Source of the DNA: a candidate division Kazan bacterium RIFCSPHIGHO2_01_FULL_44_14
GTDB lineage: Bacteria > Patescibacteriota > Kazan-3B-28
Direction of reading: 5' to 3'
Length of the DNA stretch: 64,000 bases
Assembly (NCBI GenBank): GCA_001771185.1
Contig: METB01000001.1
Span: 439,200 to 503,199 of the forward strand
Part shown: positions 29,275-39,486 of the stretch, one piece after another
Layout: every line of letters starts with the position of its first letter
Position numbering within the stretch: position 1 is the stretch's first letter
Position numbers and translations under genes: made by a program
The notes under the pieces: model-generated
What the model was told of the DNA's origin: nothing
The model's database searches: none
The model's input: the letters and a program-made list of their open reading frames with translations, nothing else

Positions 29275-29870
29275 AAATTGCAGTCGACATTGATGATGTG
29301 TTAAGTGAATGGACGCGCGAGTTTTTGAAGTGGTATAACGCGCGTTATGGCACAACCTATACATATGAGGATATGGTAGATTATCGGTGGTCTAGGTGGA
29401 TGAACATTTCTAGTAAGCAGGCACTTGATGATGTGTACGAATTTCATGAAACGAAGGAGTTTAGAAAATTACCCTTGTTGTCTGGGGCAAAAGAAGCAGT
29501 TGCAGAGCTCGTTAAAGAACATGAATTATATGCAGTAACCGGCAGGCAGAATGTTACAGCAGAAATCACTCACCAGTGGGTGGATAAGAATTTTCCGGGT
29601 GTATTCAAAGGGATCGAGATTGTTAATGGAAATAACAGAGACGGAAGTCACACTTTAACCAAAGGCGAGGTGTGTGAGCGATTGGGTTGCAAGATTTTGA
29701 TTGATGACGATACGCGTCATATTGAGTCACTACTGAAGCATGGGGTCCAGGCGATTATTTTCAATAAACATTGGAATGAATATCATCGATTGCCAGATTC
29801 AATTATGCGGGCGAATAATTGGCCAGAAATATTGGAGGCAATAGGCAAACTGGAGGGCGTTAATAAGTAA
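29271..29870 (+). CDS. HAD 5'(3')-deoxyribonucleotidase (NT5C-like)
   Basis: DIDDVL motif I, VTGR, K..LIDD, WN. Confidence 0.88.
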   Translation: MKIAVDIDDVLSEWTREFLKWYNARYGTTYTYEDMVDYRWSRWMNISSKQALDDVYEFHETKEFRKLPLLSGAKEAVAELVKEHELYAVTGRQNVTAEITHQWVDKNFPGVFKGIEIVNGNNRDGSHTLTKGEVCERLGCKILIDDDTRHIESLLKHGVQAIIFNKHWNEYHRLPDSIMRANNWPEILEAIGKLEGVNK

Positions 29871-29874
29871 AAAT

Positions 29875-29914
29875 AGATTCCGGGCTTCCGCCAGTTGGCG
29901 GATCCGGGATGACA
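29875..29914 (-). repeat. single GTCAT-tagged hairpin
   Basis: reverse complement tgtcatcccggatccgccaactggcggaagcccggaatct. Confidence 0.65.
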
Positions 29915-29921
29915 GAATAGT

Positions 29922-31694
29922 ATGACCGATTTAGATTTAATTAAAGATAAGATTGATTTGGTCGATTACATCGGCCGAGTGGTGCCGTTGAAAAAAGCCG
30001 GGACCAACTGGAAAGGCGTTTGTCCATTTCATCAGGAAAAGACCCCATCATTTATGGTTAGCCCAGAAAAGGGGATTTGGCACTGTTTTGGATGCGCTAG
30101 AGGTGGTGACATTTTTAAGTTTGTAATGGAGCGTGATGGGGTGGAGTTTGTCGAGGCCTTGCAGATGTTAGCTGAAACGGTAGGTATAACATTGAGTAAG
30201 GCACCACAGCAAGACGGTGGCAGAAAGACCTTGTTGGCCATCAACGAATTAGCGACCAAGTATTTTGCGAAAGTTATGACCGATACGGCTAGTGGTCGGA
30301 AAGCCAAGGATTACTTAGTGGGTCGGGGATTACATCCGACTAGTGTGGATGAATTTCGGATTGGTTATGCTCCCAATGCTGGTAAGTCGCTAGTAGAGTT
30401 TTTACAACATCGGGGTCATCGAGATGAAGACATTGAGCGGGCTGGTTTAGCTACTCGAAAAGGCAGATTTTTACAGGATAAGTTTGTTGGTCGAATTATG
30501 TTCCCATTGTTTGACGCATTGGGACGAGTAGTCGCTTTTACTGGTCGAGTGTTGGATGCGAAGCAACAACCGAAATATTTAAATTCACCAGAGACCCCTC
30601 TGTTCCATAAAAGTGACTTGTTGTATGGCTTGCATTTGGCTAAAACGGTCATGCAACAGGAAAATAGTGTGGTGGTAGTAGAGGGTCAGATGGATGTAAT
30701 CAGCTCGCATCAAGTTGGAGTTAAAAACACTATCGGAATTTCTGGGACGGCCTTGACCCAAGAGCAGTTGAAACTAATTAGTCGCTACGCTAATAATATT
30801 GTTTTGGCTTTAGATGCGGATACAGCTGGCGGTGAAGCAACTAAGCGTGGGATTGCTCTCTCCGGTGAATTTGATTTGAATATAAAGATTGCGTTACTTG
30901 GTGATTATAAAGACCCTGATTCAATGATTAAAGATAACCCTGACGCGTGGAAACGAGCGATAGAAGGGGCGGTTCCGGTAATGGATTTTTATTTCGATTC
31001 GGCTGTGCGCCACTATGATTTGCGTGATTTGGCCCAAAAGAAACAAGCTACCCGTGATCTCTTGGGAGTGATTGTGAAGGTGACTGACCCAATGGAGCGA
31101 GATCATTATATTAAAAGATTAGGGCAGTTGGTCGGAGTGGAGCCGACTATACTTTACGATGTCATTAAGCGGACGAAACCAGTTAGGACTCGGATGGTGT
31201 CAGCTCCAGCCAGTACCACCGAATTACATCCAACTTGGGTGGAGGAAAGAGCGGTGGCACTCCCCTTTGTCTATCCAGCAATGATGCAAGAGTTTATGGA
31301 CCAGGCCGGACAGATAAAATGGGCTTCTGGACTGGCTAATAGCATTTACTCGGAACTGGCTAATTGGTATACTACCACCATCACCGCCTCTGGCGGGACC
31401 CCGCAGAATGCGGTGGCCGAGGCGTTTTCTATGGAAGAGATTTTGGCCAGATTATCTGCTAACGACCGGACAACCTTACTGGAACTGATGTTGGTAGTAG
31501 AGCAAAGTTATGTTGGAATTGATGAATCGGCTTTGCGTCACGAACTATTATTTTATTTGGATATTTTACAAAAACGCTCGTATGCTTCTCGTCGACATGA
31601 ACTGGTGGTGGCGATTGCGGCGGCTGAAGCAGCCCAAGACCAGACCAAACTTAAAGAATTATTGGCTGAACTTAATCAATTAAGTACTACATAA
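29922..31694 (+). CDS. dnaG: DNA primase
   Basis: CPFH..CFGC zinc domain, KYLNSPET, EGQMD, DADTAG. Confidence 0.98.
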   Translation: MTDLDLIKDKIDLVDYIGRVVPLKKAGTNWKGVCPFHQEKTPSFMVSPEKGIWHCFGCARGGDIFKFVMERDGVEFVEALQMLAETVGITLSKAPQQDGGRKTLLAINELATKYFAKVMTDTASGRKAKDYLVGRGLHPTSVDEFRIGYAPNAGKSLVEFLQHRGHRDEDIERAGLATRKGRFLQDKFVGRIMFPLFDALGRVVAFTGRVLDAKQQPKYLNSPETPLFHKSDLLYGLHLAKTVMQQENSVVVVEGQMDVISSHQVGVKNTIGISGTALTQEQLKLISRYANNIVLALDADTAGGEATKRGIALSGEFDLNIKIALLGDYKDPDSMIKDNPDAWKRAIEGAVPVMDFYFDSAVRHYDLRDLAQKKQATRDLLGVIVKVTDPMERDHYIKRLGQLVGVEPTILYDVIKRTKPVRTRMVSAPASTTELHPTWVEERAVALPFVYPAMMQEFMDQAGQIKWASGLANSIYSELANWYTTTITASGGTPQNAVAEAFSMEEILARLSANDRTTLLELMLVVEQSYVGIDESALRHELLFYLDILQKRSYASRRHELVVAIAAAEAAQDQTKLKELLAELNQLSTT

Positions 31695-31712
31695 TTAAGT
31701 AGTGATAAAACT

Positions 31713-33278
31713 ATGGCTCGATCTCGTAAGCCCCTGAAGAAGAAACCAGTGCGCACTAAAAAGAAAGTAGTGCGTAAGTTAGTGAAAAAGGTAGTTAAAA
31801 AATCTGCCAGACGAGTAGTGAAACGGGTAGCCAAACGGGTAGTAAAGCACAAACCCGTTAGACGGGTAGTTAAAAAGAAACCGGCACTCAAGAAACGCTT
31901 GACCAAGAAGGCAAAGGTAATCAAGCGGAAGATTACGGCTAAGAAAGTTGTTCGTGGTAAAAAACTTCACAAGCCGATTGTGCGCAAACCTCTTGCCAAG
32001 AAAAAGATGGTAGTTAAGCATCCAGCGAAGCAGAAGCCAAAGCGAATTGTGGTGCCTAAAGTGCCAGAGACACCAGAAGAAGAAGTTGAAGATAAACTGA
32101 TCGATCTTGATTCAGAAGAAATCGCTGCCATGTCGGCTGCCAAAAAAGACCGGTCTTTGAAGAAACTGTCTCCGGAATTGCAGATGATGATTCAGCGAGG
32201 TAAAGAGCAGGGCTTCTTGACTCAACAGGAGATGGAGCGGTCCATGCCGAATGTAGAGAAGGATGTCAATCAGTTGGACTTACTGTTTAAGGCCTTAATG
32301 GAAGAAGGAGTGGAAATTGTTGATGTCCGCGACGATTTAATTTGGTCGGGAGGGACTTCAGAAAAATTAAGTAAGAAAACCGAAGCCACCAAAAAGAAAA
32401 TGCGGAGCAAGTTGGATGTTGGGATTGGTTCCAATTTGGCTGACGACGGGATTAGCGACGATTCGGTTCGGATGTACTTAAAAGAAATTGGTCAGGTAGC
32501 ACTATTAACTGGCGCCGAAGAAGTAATGTTGGCTAAACGAGTAGAACAGGGTGACCCATTGGCATCCAAGCAATTAGCCGAGGCCAACTTGCGGTTAGTG
32601 GTATCGATTGCTAAGAAATACATTGGTCGGGGTTTGTCGTTACTTGATTTAATCCAAGAAGGTAATATTGGTTTGATGAAAGCAGTCGAAAAATTCGACT
32701 GGCACAAGGGTTTTAAGTTTTCGACTTATGCGACTTGGTGGATTCGTCAGGCAATTACTCGAGCAATTGCCGATCAAGCCCGAACCATTCGGATTCCGGT
32801 GCATATGGTTGAAACGATGAACCGGTTGGCCAGAACTCAACGGCAATTGGTGCAGGAACTGGGTCGCGAACCGACGCCGGAAGAAATTGCCAATGAAATG
32901 GAATTGGAAGTCGAAAAAGTCAATCACATCTTAAAGATTTCTCAAGAAACAGTTTCATTAGAGAAATCGGTTGGGGATGAAGACGATTCATTGCTAGGCG
33001 ACTTTATTAAAGATGAAGATAGTTTGACGCCGGAAGAGGCCTCATCTTATGAACTGCTAAAAGGGGATGTGGGCGAGGTGTTGCATCTACTAACTCCGCG
33101 GGAGCAAAAGATTCTTAAAATGCGGTTTGGGTTAGATGGGGAATGGGCTCACACGCTGGAAGAAGTGGGCCAGGAATTTGGAGTTACTCGTGAACGGATT
33201 CGGCAGATTGAGGCAAAGGCCTTGATGAAATTGCGCAAGAGCAAAGATTCTAAGCGGCTAAAGGACTATTTGAAGTAA
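31713..33278 (+). CDS. rpoD: primary sigma factor with Lys/Arg-rich N-terminal extension
   Basis: [45 protein letters not shown]. Confidence 0.97.
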   Translation: MARSRKPLKKKPVRTKKKVVRKLVKKVVKKSARRVVKRVAKRVVKHKPVRRVVKKKPALKKRLTKKAKVIKRKITAKKVVRGKKLHKPIVRKPLAKKKMVVKHPAKQKPKRIVVPKVPETPEEEVEDKLIDLDSEEIAAMSAAKKDRSLKKLSPELQMMIQRGKEQGFLTQQEMERSMPNVEKDVNQLDLLFKALMEEGVEIVDVRDDLIWSGGTSEKLSKKTEATKKKMRSKLDVGIGSNLADDGISDDSVRMYLKEIGQVALLTGAEEVMLAKRVEQGDPLASKQLAEANLRLVVSIAKKYIGRGLSLLDLIQEGNIGLMKAVEKFDWHKGFKFSTYATWWIRQAITRAIADQARTIRIPVHMVETMNRLARTQRQLVQELGREPTPEEIANEMELEVEKVNHILKISQETVSLEKSVGDEDDSLLGDFIKDEDSLTPEEASSYELLKGDVGEVLHLLTPREQKILKMRFGLDGEWAHTLEEVGQEFGVTRERIRQIEAKALMKLRKSKDSKRLKDYLK

Positions 33279-33507
33279 ATAAAATCTCGAGAGGGAAAAA
33301 CGGGGTGTGTTTCCCTCTCGACGCTTGTGGGCTCGCTACTTCCCCTTCCACCTGTGGGGAAGTTAGCCCTTGGGATCTAGTCAAGTAGTTTCGGGCAAGA
33401 GTTCTCCTGCCCGGTTTTTTATATTTGGCGAAGCTGTGATTGAGAGTGTATAATTGCCTCTGTAAGAGATTAATCCGGGGTAGCTCAGTGGTAGAGCGAT
33501 CGACTGT

Positions 33508-34069
33508 ACGTTAAAAGACGTCTTTGGTATACTCAATCGTGTTATGCCAGAGAAGAGAACATATGCCGATCGTGCCGAGTACATTAAACGAGCAGTGACG
33601 AAGCGCAGAAAAAAGCTGAAGACAATGCTGGTTGAGTATAAGGGCGGTCAATGTGCAATTTGTGGCTATAATCGGAGTCCAGATGTTTTGGAATTTCATC
33701 ATATTGATGAGTCCAAAAAAGAGTTTGGTCTATCGATTCGCGGACTAACTCGCTCATGGGAGAGGATGCGGGTAGAAGCCGATAAGTGCATTTTGTTATG
33801 CGCAAATTGTCATAGAGAAGTACATGCAGGTGTAGTGCAGCTTCCCCAAGTAATTGGGGATGAAAAATGAGGTGAATTGCGAGAAACCTAAGTTTATAGG
33901 CATAGTGGATATGGTAATTCGCAGCCAAGTTCCGGTTTGCCGGGAAAGGTTCAGAGACTATCCTTTATGGAGTAGTTCTACTAAATAGCAGAACGAAGCG
34001 CCTCACACCCCACTCTGAGAAGAAGGGTGATGATATAGTCCATGCCATAGCGAAAGCTGGGAGTACATG
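33508..34069 (+). ncRNA. group I intron (IA-like), 562 nt
   Basis: exon ends in U and intron ends in G; P aattgcgagaaa 33875, Q aattcgcagc 33916, R ttcagagacta 33950, S gatatagtcc 34032; P3 gaggtg/cgcctc. Confidence 0.92.
33544..33870 (+). CDS. intron-encoded HNH endonuclease
   Basis: CAICGY..LEFHH..LLCANCHREVH. Confidence 0.9.
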   Translation: MPEKRTYADRAEYIKRAVTKRRKKLKTMLVEYKGGQCAICGYNRSPDVLEFHHIDESKKEFGLSIRGLTRSWERMRVEADKCILLCANCHREVHAGVVQLPQVIGDEK

Positions 34070-35568
34070 TAATCGATTGGTCGTGGGTTCGAATCCCACC
34101 CCCGGAGCCAGTTTGAACAAGTAGATGCTTCAACCAGTAGGTTGAACGGAGAACGAAGCTCGTAGAGCAGGTTTTTCCCGTTTAACTTGCAGTTCTGAAG
34201 TAGGAAGCTCAATAGTTGCCGTTTTTCAGGGACTTCCGAACTTTTGAAGATGTCCATAGCTCTGGAAGCCAGGTTGAATACCATATTGGCGGTCAGGTAA
34301 AACTCTTCATCGGCTTGGCTGTGCGAGTTCATTTCAGCTATCAGCTCTGCCTGTCTACCCTTCCACTCTTTCAGCTTTTTGTCATACATATCCTGCGTAA
34401 TACTACGGTCGAGTTTGTCCTCGTACATTCTGGCTATACGATCTTCCAGCCGATCGTAGTCGGCTCGTAGGGCTGTCATACTCTCTTTGTGAAAATGGGA
34501 CTCATTTTGACCAGTTGTCTTGAGGTCTTGGGTAAGCCTGTCTATGGCTTCCTGGGGCATTTGAACGGCTTTCAGAGCCTTATAGACGGGCTTGAGTAGT
34601 TCTTCCTCTGGTACCCAAATCCTCTTACATAAGCCCTTGAAATTGGTACAGCTGTAGTAGATGTATTTGCCTTTCGATATTTCTGGGGTAATTAGGCAAC
34701 CGCATTTTTCGCACCTAATAAGACCTCGAAAAATATAGGGCTTGGCTCCAGCCTTAAAGGGCTTTTTATGGTAATTATCCATAATTGTCTGGCACTTGCT
34801 GAACAGCCATTCTGGAACGAGTGGCTCATACTTATGGCGATATTCTTTGCCATTGACGACCATTACGCCAGAGTAGAATGGGTTTCTTAAGTTCTTGTGA
34901 ATGAGGCTGGTTGTTAGCTTTTTGCCAGTTCTGGTAATAAATCCAGCCCTATCCAGCTCTTGCTTAATAGTTTTAACGGAGTGCTGACCTGTCCCATAAA
35001 GTTCGAACATCTTAGCAATCAAATGGGCTCGGTCTGGGTCGGGGACTATAGTTTTTTTGCCGTCTGGTAAGTCGTGGTTAATGTAGCCGACTGGAGCCAT
35101 CCCAGGGAACTCGCCATTCAGCAGTTTTTGAGAGATGCTTCTTTTAACATTGTCGCTGAGCTGTAATACATAGCTTCTGGCAAACATTACGCCCATATCC
35201 CAGCGAAGCAGGTCAGAGCTATTGGACTGGTCATTGAGAACGAGGTTTTCTCGGATAAAGTGAATTTCTAACTGTCCATTTTTTCGATACTCATCAAGAA
35301 CAACCGACTCTTTGAAGCTCCTTTGTAGGCGATCAATGGTTTCGACTACTAAAGCAACCTTGTCTTTGGAGCGTTTAATCTCATCAATTACAAGTTCAAA
35401 TTTTGTCCGTTGATCTTTGGTGGATGACTCGTCAAACTGATATTCACTTTTAACTTCCAGCCCTCGATCTTTGCACCACTGTCTTGAACGGGCAAGTTGG
35501 GCGGGGATAGACTGCCCGTCTTGCATTTGTTCTTCGGTCGAAACTCTGGCTAAGATGATGGCTCTCAT
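34003..35568 (-). CDS. large serine recombinase of element A
   Basis: ARVSTEEQ catalytic Ser, DRLQR, recombinase domain, CEKCG..YYSC..C zinc ribbon, coiled coil. Confidence 0.95.
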   Translation of the reverse strand: MRAIILARVSTEEQMQDGQSIPAQLARSRQWCKDRGLEVKSEYQFDESSTKDQRTKFELVIDEIKRSKDKVALVVETIDRLQRSFKESVVLDEYRKNGQLEIHFIRENLVLNDQSNSSDLLRWDMGVMFARSYVLQLSDNVKRSISQKLLNGEFPGMAPVGYINHDLPDGKKTIVPDPDRAHLIAKMFELYGTGQHSVKTIKQELDRAGFITRTGKKLTTSLIHKNLRNPFYSGVMVVNGKEYRHKYEPLVPEWLFSKCQTIMDNYHKKPFKAGAKPYIFRGLIRCEKCGCLITPEISKGKYIYYSCTNFKGLCKRIWVPEEELLKPVYKALKAVQMPQEAIDRLTQDLKTTGQNESHFHKESMTALRADYDRLEDRIARMYEDKLDRSITQDMYDKKLKEWKGRQAELIAEMNSHSQADEEFYLTANMVFNLASRAMDIFKSSEVPEKRQLLSFLLQNCKLNGKNLLYELRSPFNLLVEASTCSNWLRGWDSNPRPIDYMYSQLSLWHGLYHHPSSQSGV

Positions 35569-36344
35569 ATTTTCCCTCTGGCTAACCTCTTGAGAGAGGC
35601 GTTAACATATCTCTTATCTTTTTCAATGCCAATCCACTTTCTTCCATACTGCTTAGCCACCAATGCTGTAGTCCCACTGCCCAAGAATGGGTCTAAAACG
35701 ATGTCTCCCTTACGAGAACTGGCAAGGATAATTCGTTTTAGCATTTCTTCTGGCTTTTGGGTTGGGTGAAGAGCTCTGTTGTGGGAGTCTCTAAGGCGTT
35801 CCTTGCCCTGTACAAGTGGCATTGTCCATACATCTCGCATTTGCTTAGGGCTTCCATCTTTTTGGGTCTCTGGGTTAATTCTTCGTAGTTCTTTATAATT
35901 GAAAACCCATCCGCGACCTTTTACAGCCCAGATGACAAACTCGGTAGAATGTGTGAATACTCGTCGAGTCATATTGGGCATTGGGTTGGTTTTATACCAA
36001 GTGATGATGTTATTGATCTTGAACCCCAGCTGTTTCAGCACAATCATCACCTCACCGATATTGTGATAACTACAGGCTATGTATAATGCTCCACCATTTT
36101 TTAGTACTCTGTAGCAACCAGCTATCCACTGTCTTGTAAACTGCAAATACTCAGGTGCGGTCATCTTGTCCCACTCTTCGTTGACCATATACCAGTCGCC
36201 CCCAGTTTTATTACCTTTCCACTTAAGTCCATTGCCAGAAAGGTTATATGGGGGGTCTGCAAAAATAAGACCAACTGAATCCTTTTGGACTTTTGACCCC
36301 AGGATTTCCACACAATCACCGTGATGGACTATATTCGTTTTCAT
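35565..36344 (-). CDS. N4C/N6A DNA methyltransferase (beta class)
   Basis: DPPY, HPTQKP, DPFLGSGTT. Confidence 0.93.
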   Translation of the reverse strand: MKTNIVHHGDCVEILGSKVQKDSVGLIFADPPYNLSGNGLKWKGNKTGGDWYMVNEEWDKMTAPEYLQFTRQWIAGCYRVLKNGGALYIACSYHNIGEVMIVLKQLGFKINNIITWYKTNPMPNMTRRVFTHSTEFVIWAVKGRGWVFNYKELRRINPETQKDGSPKQMRDVWTMPLVQGKERLRDSHNRALHPTQKPEEMLKRIILASSRKGDIVLDPFLGSGTTALVAKQYGRKWIGIEKDKRYVNASLKRLARGKI

Positions 36345-36347
36345 AGT

Positions 36348-38171
36348 TTATGCAGTCACCTCTGACTTCCAGAAGTTGATTATGTTTGGGATTTCTTGCA
36401 ACCAGTCGGCTGGGTTCTCGAAGTTTGATGAACTGGTCACGATTTTTTCATACAACTCAAATAGTTTTTGATGAGTTAAGAAGACTCCCTTCTTCTTGAT
36501 TTCGGGTAGCACCTTCAAGAGGTCTGCAAACTGAGTGATCGACAAGGGGACTATCTTTTGGGGTTTTCCCTCATATTCGTATTTAACAGCCATCCAGAAG
36601 GTATTAACCGTATCTCTATGTAGTCTTGGGGCAAGAAAAATACAATAAGTTGTTTTGGTATGGTTTGCGTCTTCAAAGTCTCTGAGGTGTCTCATAACAG
36701 GTTGACCTTCGTTGTACCATTGATCGCGACCAGTTAGCATAGTGACCTCACAGATTGCATTGCTTGACTCGTAATAGCACTCTATATCTGGCACATTAGC
36801 AGGGGCAGTGAAGGTTGGTTCATTGTCATCTCCTACTGGGTAGTTTGGTTTTATTGATAGAGCATCGTTAAGGGCATTAAGACCCAAAGAAGCGTATTTT
36901 TCCAGGGCAATCGGTCTATCCTCTTGGCTGAATATATTTTCCAATGCTTCTATATATTCTTTAACTGATCCAGCGTCTTGAGCTACTTGATGTACCTCTT
37001 GTTCCTGCAGGTCTCTTCTATAGCTACGAAGTAGATTCGCATAATCCTTGAGAGCGTCCTTTGATAACTTCTGATAGTCAAGGCGATGTTGGGCAGATGA
37101 GTTAAGTTTTTTCTCGTATTCTGCTATTTCTTCAGTAAGTTTCTTTATGATTTCGATGAATTTGTCTTTAGTTTCCCAAGGGAGTTGGGGCTTGGAGATG
37201 TCGGAAAGGTATTCAAAATACTCATCCTTGGAGGCGAATTCTATAGCCTCAGCATTGTCATATGTTAATAAATTGTTGATTTCCACCGATCTTCTCGGCT
37301 CTAAGTCTACATAGAAACCGTTGCCCCTGATGTATATATATCTGGTTAATCTGAAGTATCGGATAGCATTGTCACCATAGTCCTTTAGGTTATTCAGTAG
37401 TTTTTCTATCTCGGAGTTGTCACCTGAGTCGAGAAAACGAATAGCAAATTCTCTCTTGTAGCTCTTTAGGATTTGTTTTTGATCTGCTTTAGTCTTTCCA
37501 TCCATCGCATCTCTAAGTTGTAGAATCTGATTTGAGTAGGATTCTATGTCCTTAGAATGCACAAGTGTAGGTGAAAAAAGGGCAAACTCTTCATTGCTTA
37601 ATCCTTTGGGATTTTTGCCACGCTTTATTTCTTTAAGGTTAACCTGATTGATTAAATGGAGTGTCCCAATAAAGGGCTTGATATTGTAAGTTCCATCTCC
37701 TGCATAATCGTTGCTTACTGGGTTGGGGATTTGCCATTTAATAAAGAATCGGAAGTAAACATCTCCAATATCCACCTTGCCCTTTAGAAAGGCATTGCCT
37801 AAGTCGGTGATTACAATTGCACCAGTAGTCTTTTTCGCAGTTGCCAACCCCATTTTGGTCAGGGGTGCTACGGATGTTCTCCCTCGTAGTCCCAGATCGT
37901 TTCGGAGTTCCTTAGATCGGCTGACCATATGATTGAAAATTTCCCGTGCTTTTGCAAAAGACATTGTGTCTTCAGCAGTCCCGTAATAACTGGCTAATTG
38001 GACTGATAGACCAGTTGGTTGGTATAGCCTATTTTGAATCAAGAGGGTCTGGAACTTAACTTGTCCAGCTTCATCGAAATTTTCCCCTTCCATTTCTTTT
38101 AGCACACGCAAAAACGGCAGTACTCTGTCGGGATTTCTTACGGTGGTTGATAAAGACCAAGGTTTTTTCAT
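36348..38171 (-). CDS. AlwI-family type II restriction endonuclease
   Basis: KPWSLSTTVRNP N-terminus; PDIEC..EVTM..Q..EGQPV.RH catalytic region; flanked by two MTases. Confidence 0.85.
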   Translation of the reverse strand: MKKPWSLSTTVRNPDRVLPFLRVLKEMEGENFDEAGQVKFQTLLIQNRLYQPTGLSVQLASYYGTAEDTMSFAKAREIFNHMVSRSKELRNDLGLRGRTSVAPLTKMGLATAKKTTGAIVITDLGNAFLKGKVDIGDVYFRFFIKWQIPNPVSNDYAGDGTYNIKPFIGTLHLINQVNLKEIKRGKNPKGLSNEEFALFSPTLVHSKDIESYSNQILQLRDAMDGKTKADQKQILKSYKREFAIRFLDSGDNSEIEKLLNNLKDYGDNAIRYFRLTRYIYIRGNGFYVDLEPRRSVEINNLLTYDNAEAIEFASKDEYFEYLSDISKPQLPWETKDKFIEIIKKLTEEIAEYEKKLNSSAQHRLDYQKLSKDALKDYANLLRSYRRDLQEQEVHQVAQDAGSVKEYIEALENIFSQEDRPIALEKYASLGLNALNDALSIKPNYPVGDDNEPTFTAPANVPDIECYYESSNAICEVTMLTGRDQWYNEGQPVMRHLRDFEDANHTKTTYCIFLAPRLHRDTVNTFWMAVKYEYEGKPQKIVPLSITQFADLLKVLPEIKKKGVFLTHQKLFELYEKIVTSSSNFENPADWLQEIPNIINFWKSEVTA

Positions 38172-39286
38172 AGTTTTGCTGTCCTTACTTTGCAAAAGAA
38201 AACTCTTTCAGTATGACCGTTGATATCGCTCTTGCCCGTGGTAAAAGCACGATAAGTTTTTTCGAATGTCTTGACCTCGCCTTTTGCTTTTAAGATCCTT
38301 ACTATATCGTTGTCGCTAATTCTTGCATTGGATCTATCGTTCTTTGATTCTCCTGTGTTGTTGTAGGATAGCAATATATATTTACAGTTGGCATTTTGTA
38401 TTAAATCCTCCAATGCCTCAGTTGCTCCCCTTAAGCAGTATTCACTTTTGATATGGGATCGATCCATCTTTTTGGCAATGCCAGATACAGTTGGCTTACC
38501 CCAATCGACGAGATTCTCTAAAAGGTGGTAGGCATCTGAATACTGCCGTGAATTATAGGGTGGGTCGATATATAGCACATCGCATTTTATCTTCCTCACA
38601 AGAGCGTTGGCATCTTCTTTGTAAATCCTATTGTTGTGGTTAGATTCCCAGTCAATCTCGGGTAGCAACAGAGTGACAGGTTTCTGCTTGTCTATATCTG
38701 GACTCTTTCGATAAGCATCGTAGTGACCCACTGTATTTGCTATTTTATCTACCGCATACAAGAGAGAGCATAGCAGAATACTTTTTTCCTGTTCGGATTT
38801 TGATATTTCATCAATGGCACTACGGATCATCCCTATTTTTCTTGCGTTAGTAATTGAAAAGTAGCTATTTCCAAAATGCATTGAAAAGTAGTTATCCTCG
38901 TTCGTTTGCAAGGAATTAAGGTAGTCGATCTTATGTGTAATGGATTTTCTGTAATCGCCGTCCGTCATAAGGAAAGTCTTGAGACATACTATGCTACTGG
39001 ATAGTATGTCATTTGCGATTATCTCTGTCTGACCATCATTGAACTTTGCTCCCACCACTCCTGTACCAGCGAATATATCGCAGAATGTCTTGTATCCTTT
39101 GCATTCTTTTCCAACAATCTCCTCGATGAAAGATAGAAGCCTGTATTTACTACCCAAGTATCGTCTATTTTGGATACTAAATGTTTGGACAATAGATGGA
39201 CTGTCTACCAACACCCTAACACTGTTAGTTGATTGAGTTGGGCTAATTGTTATGGGTGAGATCCTGTTCATAAAATTACCTCGCAC
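38168..39286 (-). CDS. D12-class adenine methyltransferase
   Basis: RYLGSK, DIFAGTGVV, YIDPPYN. Confidence 0.92.
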   Translation of the reverse strand: MRGNFMNRISPITISPTQSTNSVRVLVDSPSIVQTFSIQNRRYLGSKYRLLSFIEEIVGKECKGYKTFCDIFAGTGVVGAKFNDGQTEIIANDILSSSIVCLKTFLMTDGDYRKSITHKIDYLNSLQTNEDNYFSMHFGNSYFSITNARKIGMIRSAIDEISKSEQEKSILLCSLLYAVDKIANTVGHYDAYRKSPDIDKQKPVTLLLPEIDWESNHNNRIYKEDANALVRKIKCDVLYIDPPYNSRQYSDAYHLLENLVDWGKPTVSGIAKKMDRSHIKSEYCLRGATEALEDLIQNANCKYILLSYNNTGESKNDRSNARISDNDIVRILKAKGEVKTFEKTYRAFTTGKSDINGHTERVFFCKVRTAKL

Positions 39287-39461
39287 AGGCTTTGTCTAAA
39301 AACTTTTGGAATGTTTTGTGGTCAATTCTGAACTCTTTCCCCAGTTTATAAGCCTTCAATCTCCCAGCCTTTATGTAGCGGTAGATCGTCATTATATTTA
39401 CCTGCAGTTTGTCAGCTAACTCTTGGGCGGTGTAAAAATCCTTGTTTTTCATAGTCTCCAT
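39276..39461 (-). CDS. excisionase-like HTH protein
   Basis: YT..ELA..L.V...TIYRYIK.G.L.A.K.G..RI. Confidence 0.88.
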   Translation of the reverse strand: METMKNKDFYTAQELADKLQVNIMTIYRYIKAGRLKAYKLGKEFRIDHKTFQKFLDKACAR

Positions 39462-39486
39462 ACTTACTACTATACTTTACAATGCT

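Larger units (their letters stand above)
33474..34110 (+). tRNA. tRNA-Asn(GTT), exons 33474-33507 and 34070-34110
   Basis: joined exons give TCCGGGG/CCCCGGA acceptor, ATCGA-CTGT^TAA-TCGAT anticodon arm, GTGGG-TTCGAAT-CCCAC T arm, GCCA. Confidence 0.93.

Noticed and set aside
33584-33928. 114-aa minus-strand ORF
   Set aside because: Shadow of the HNH gene and intron core.
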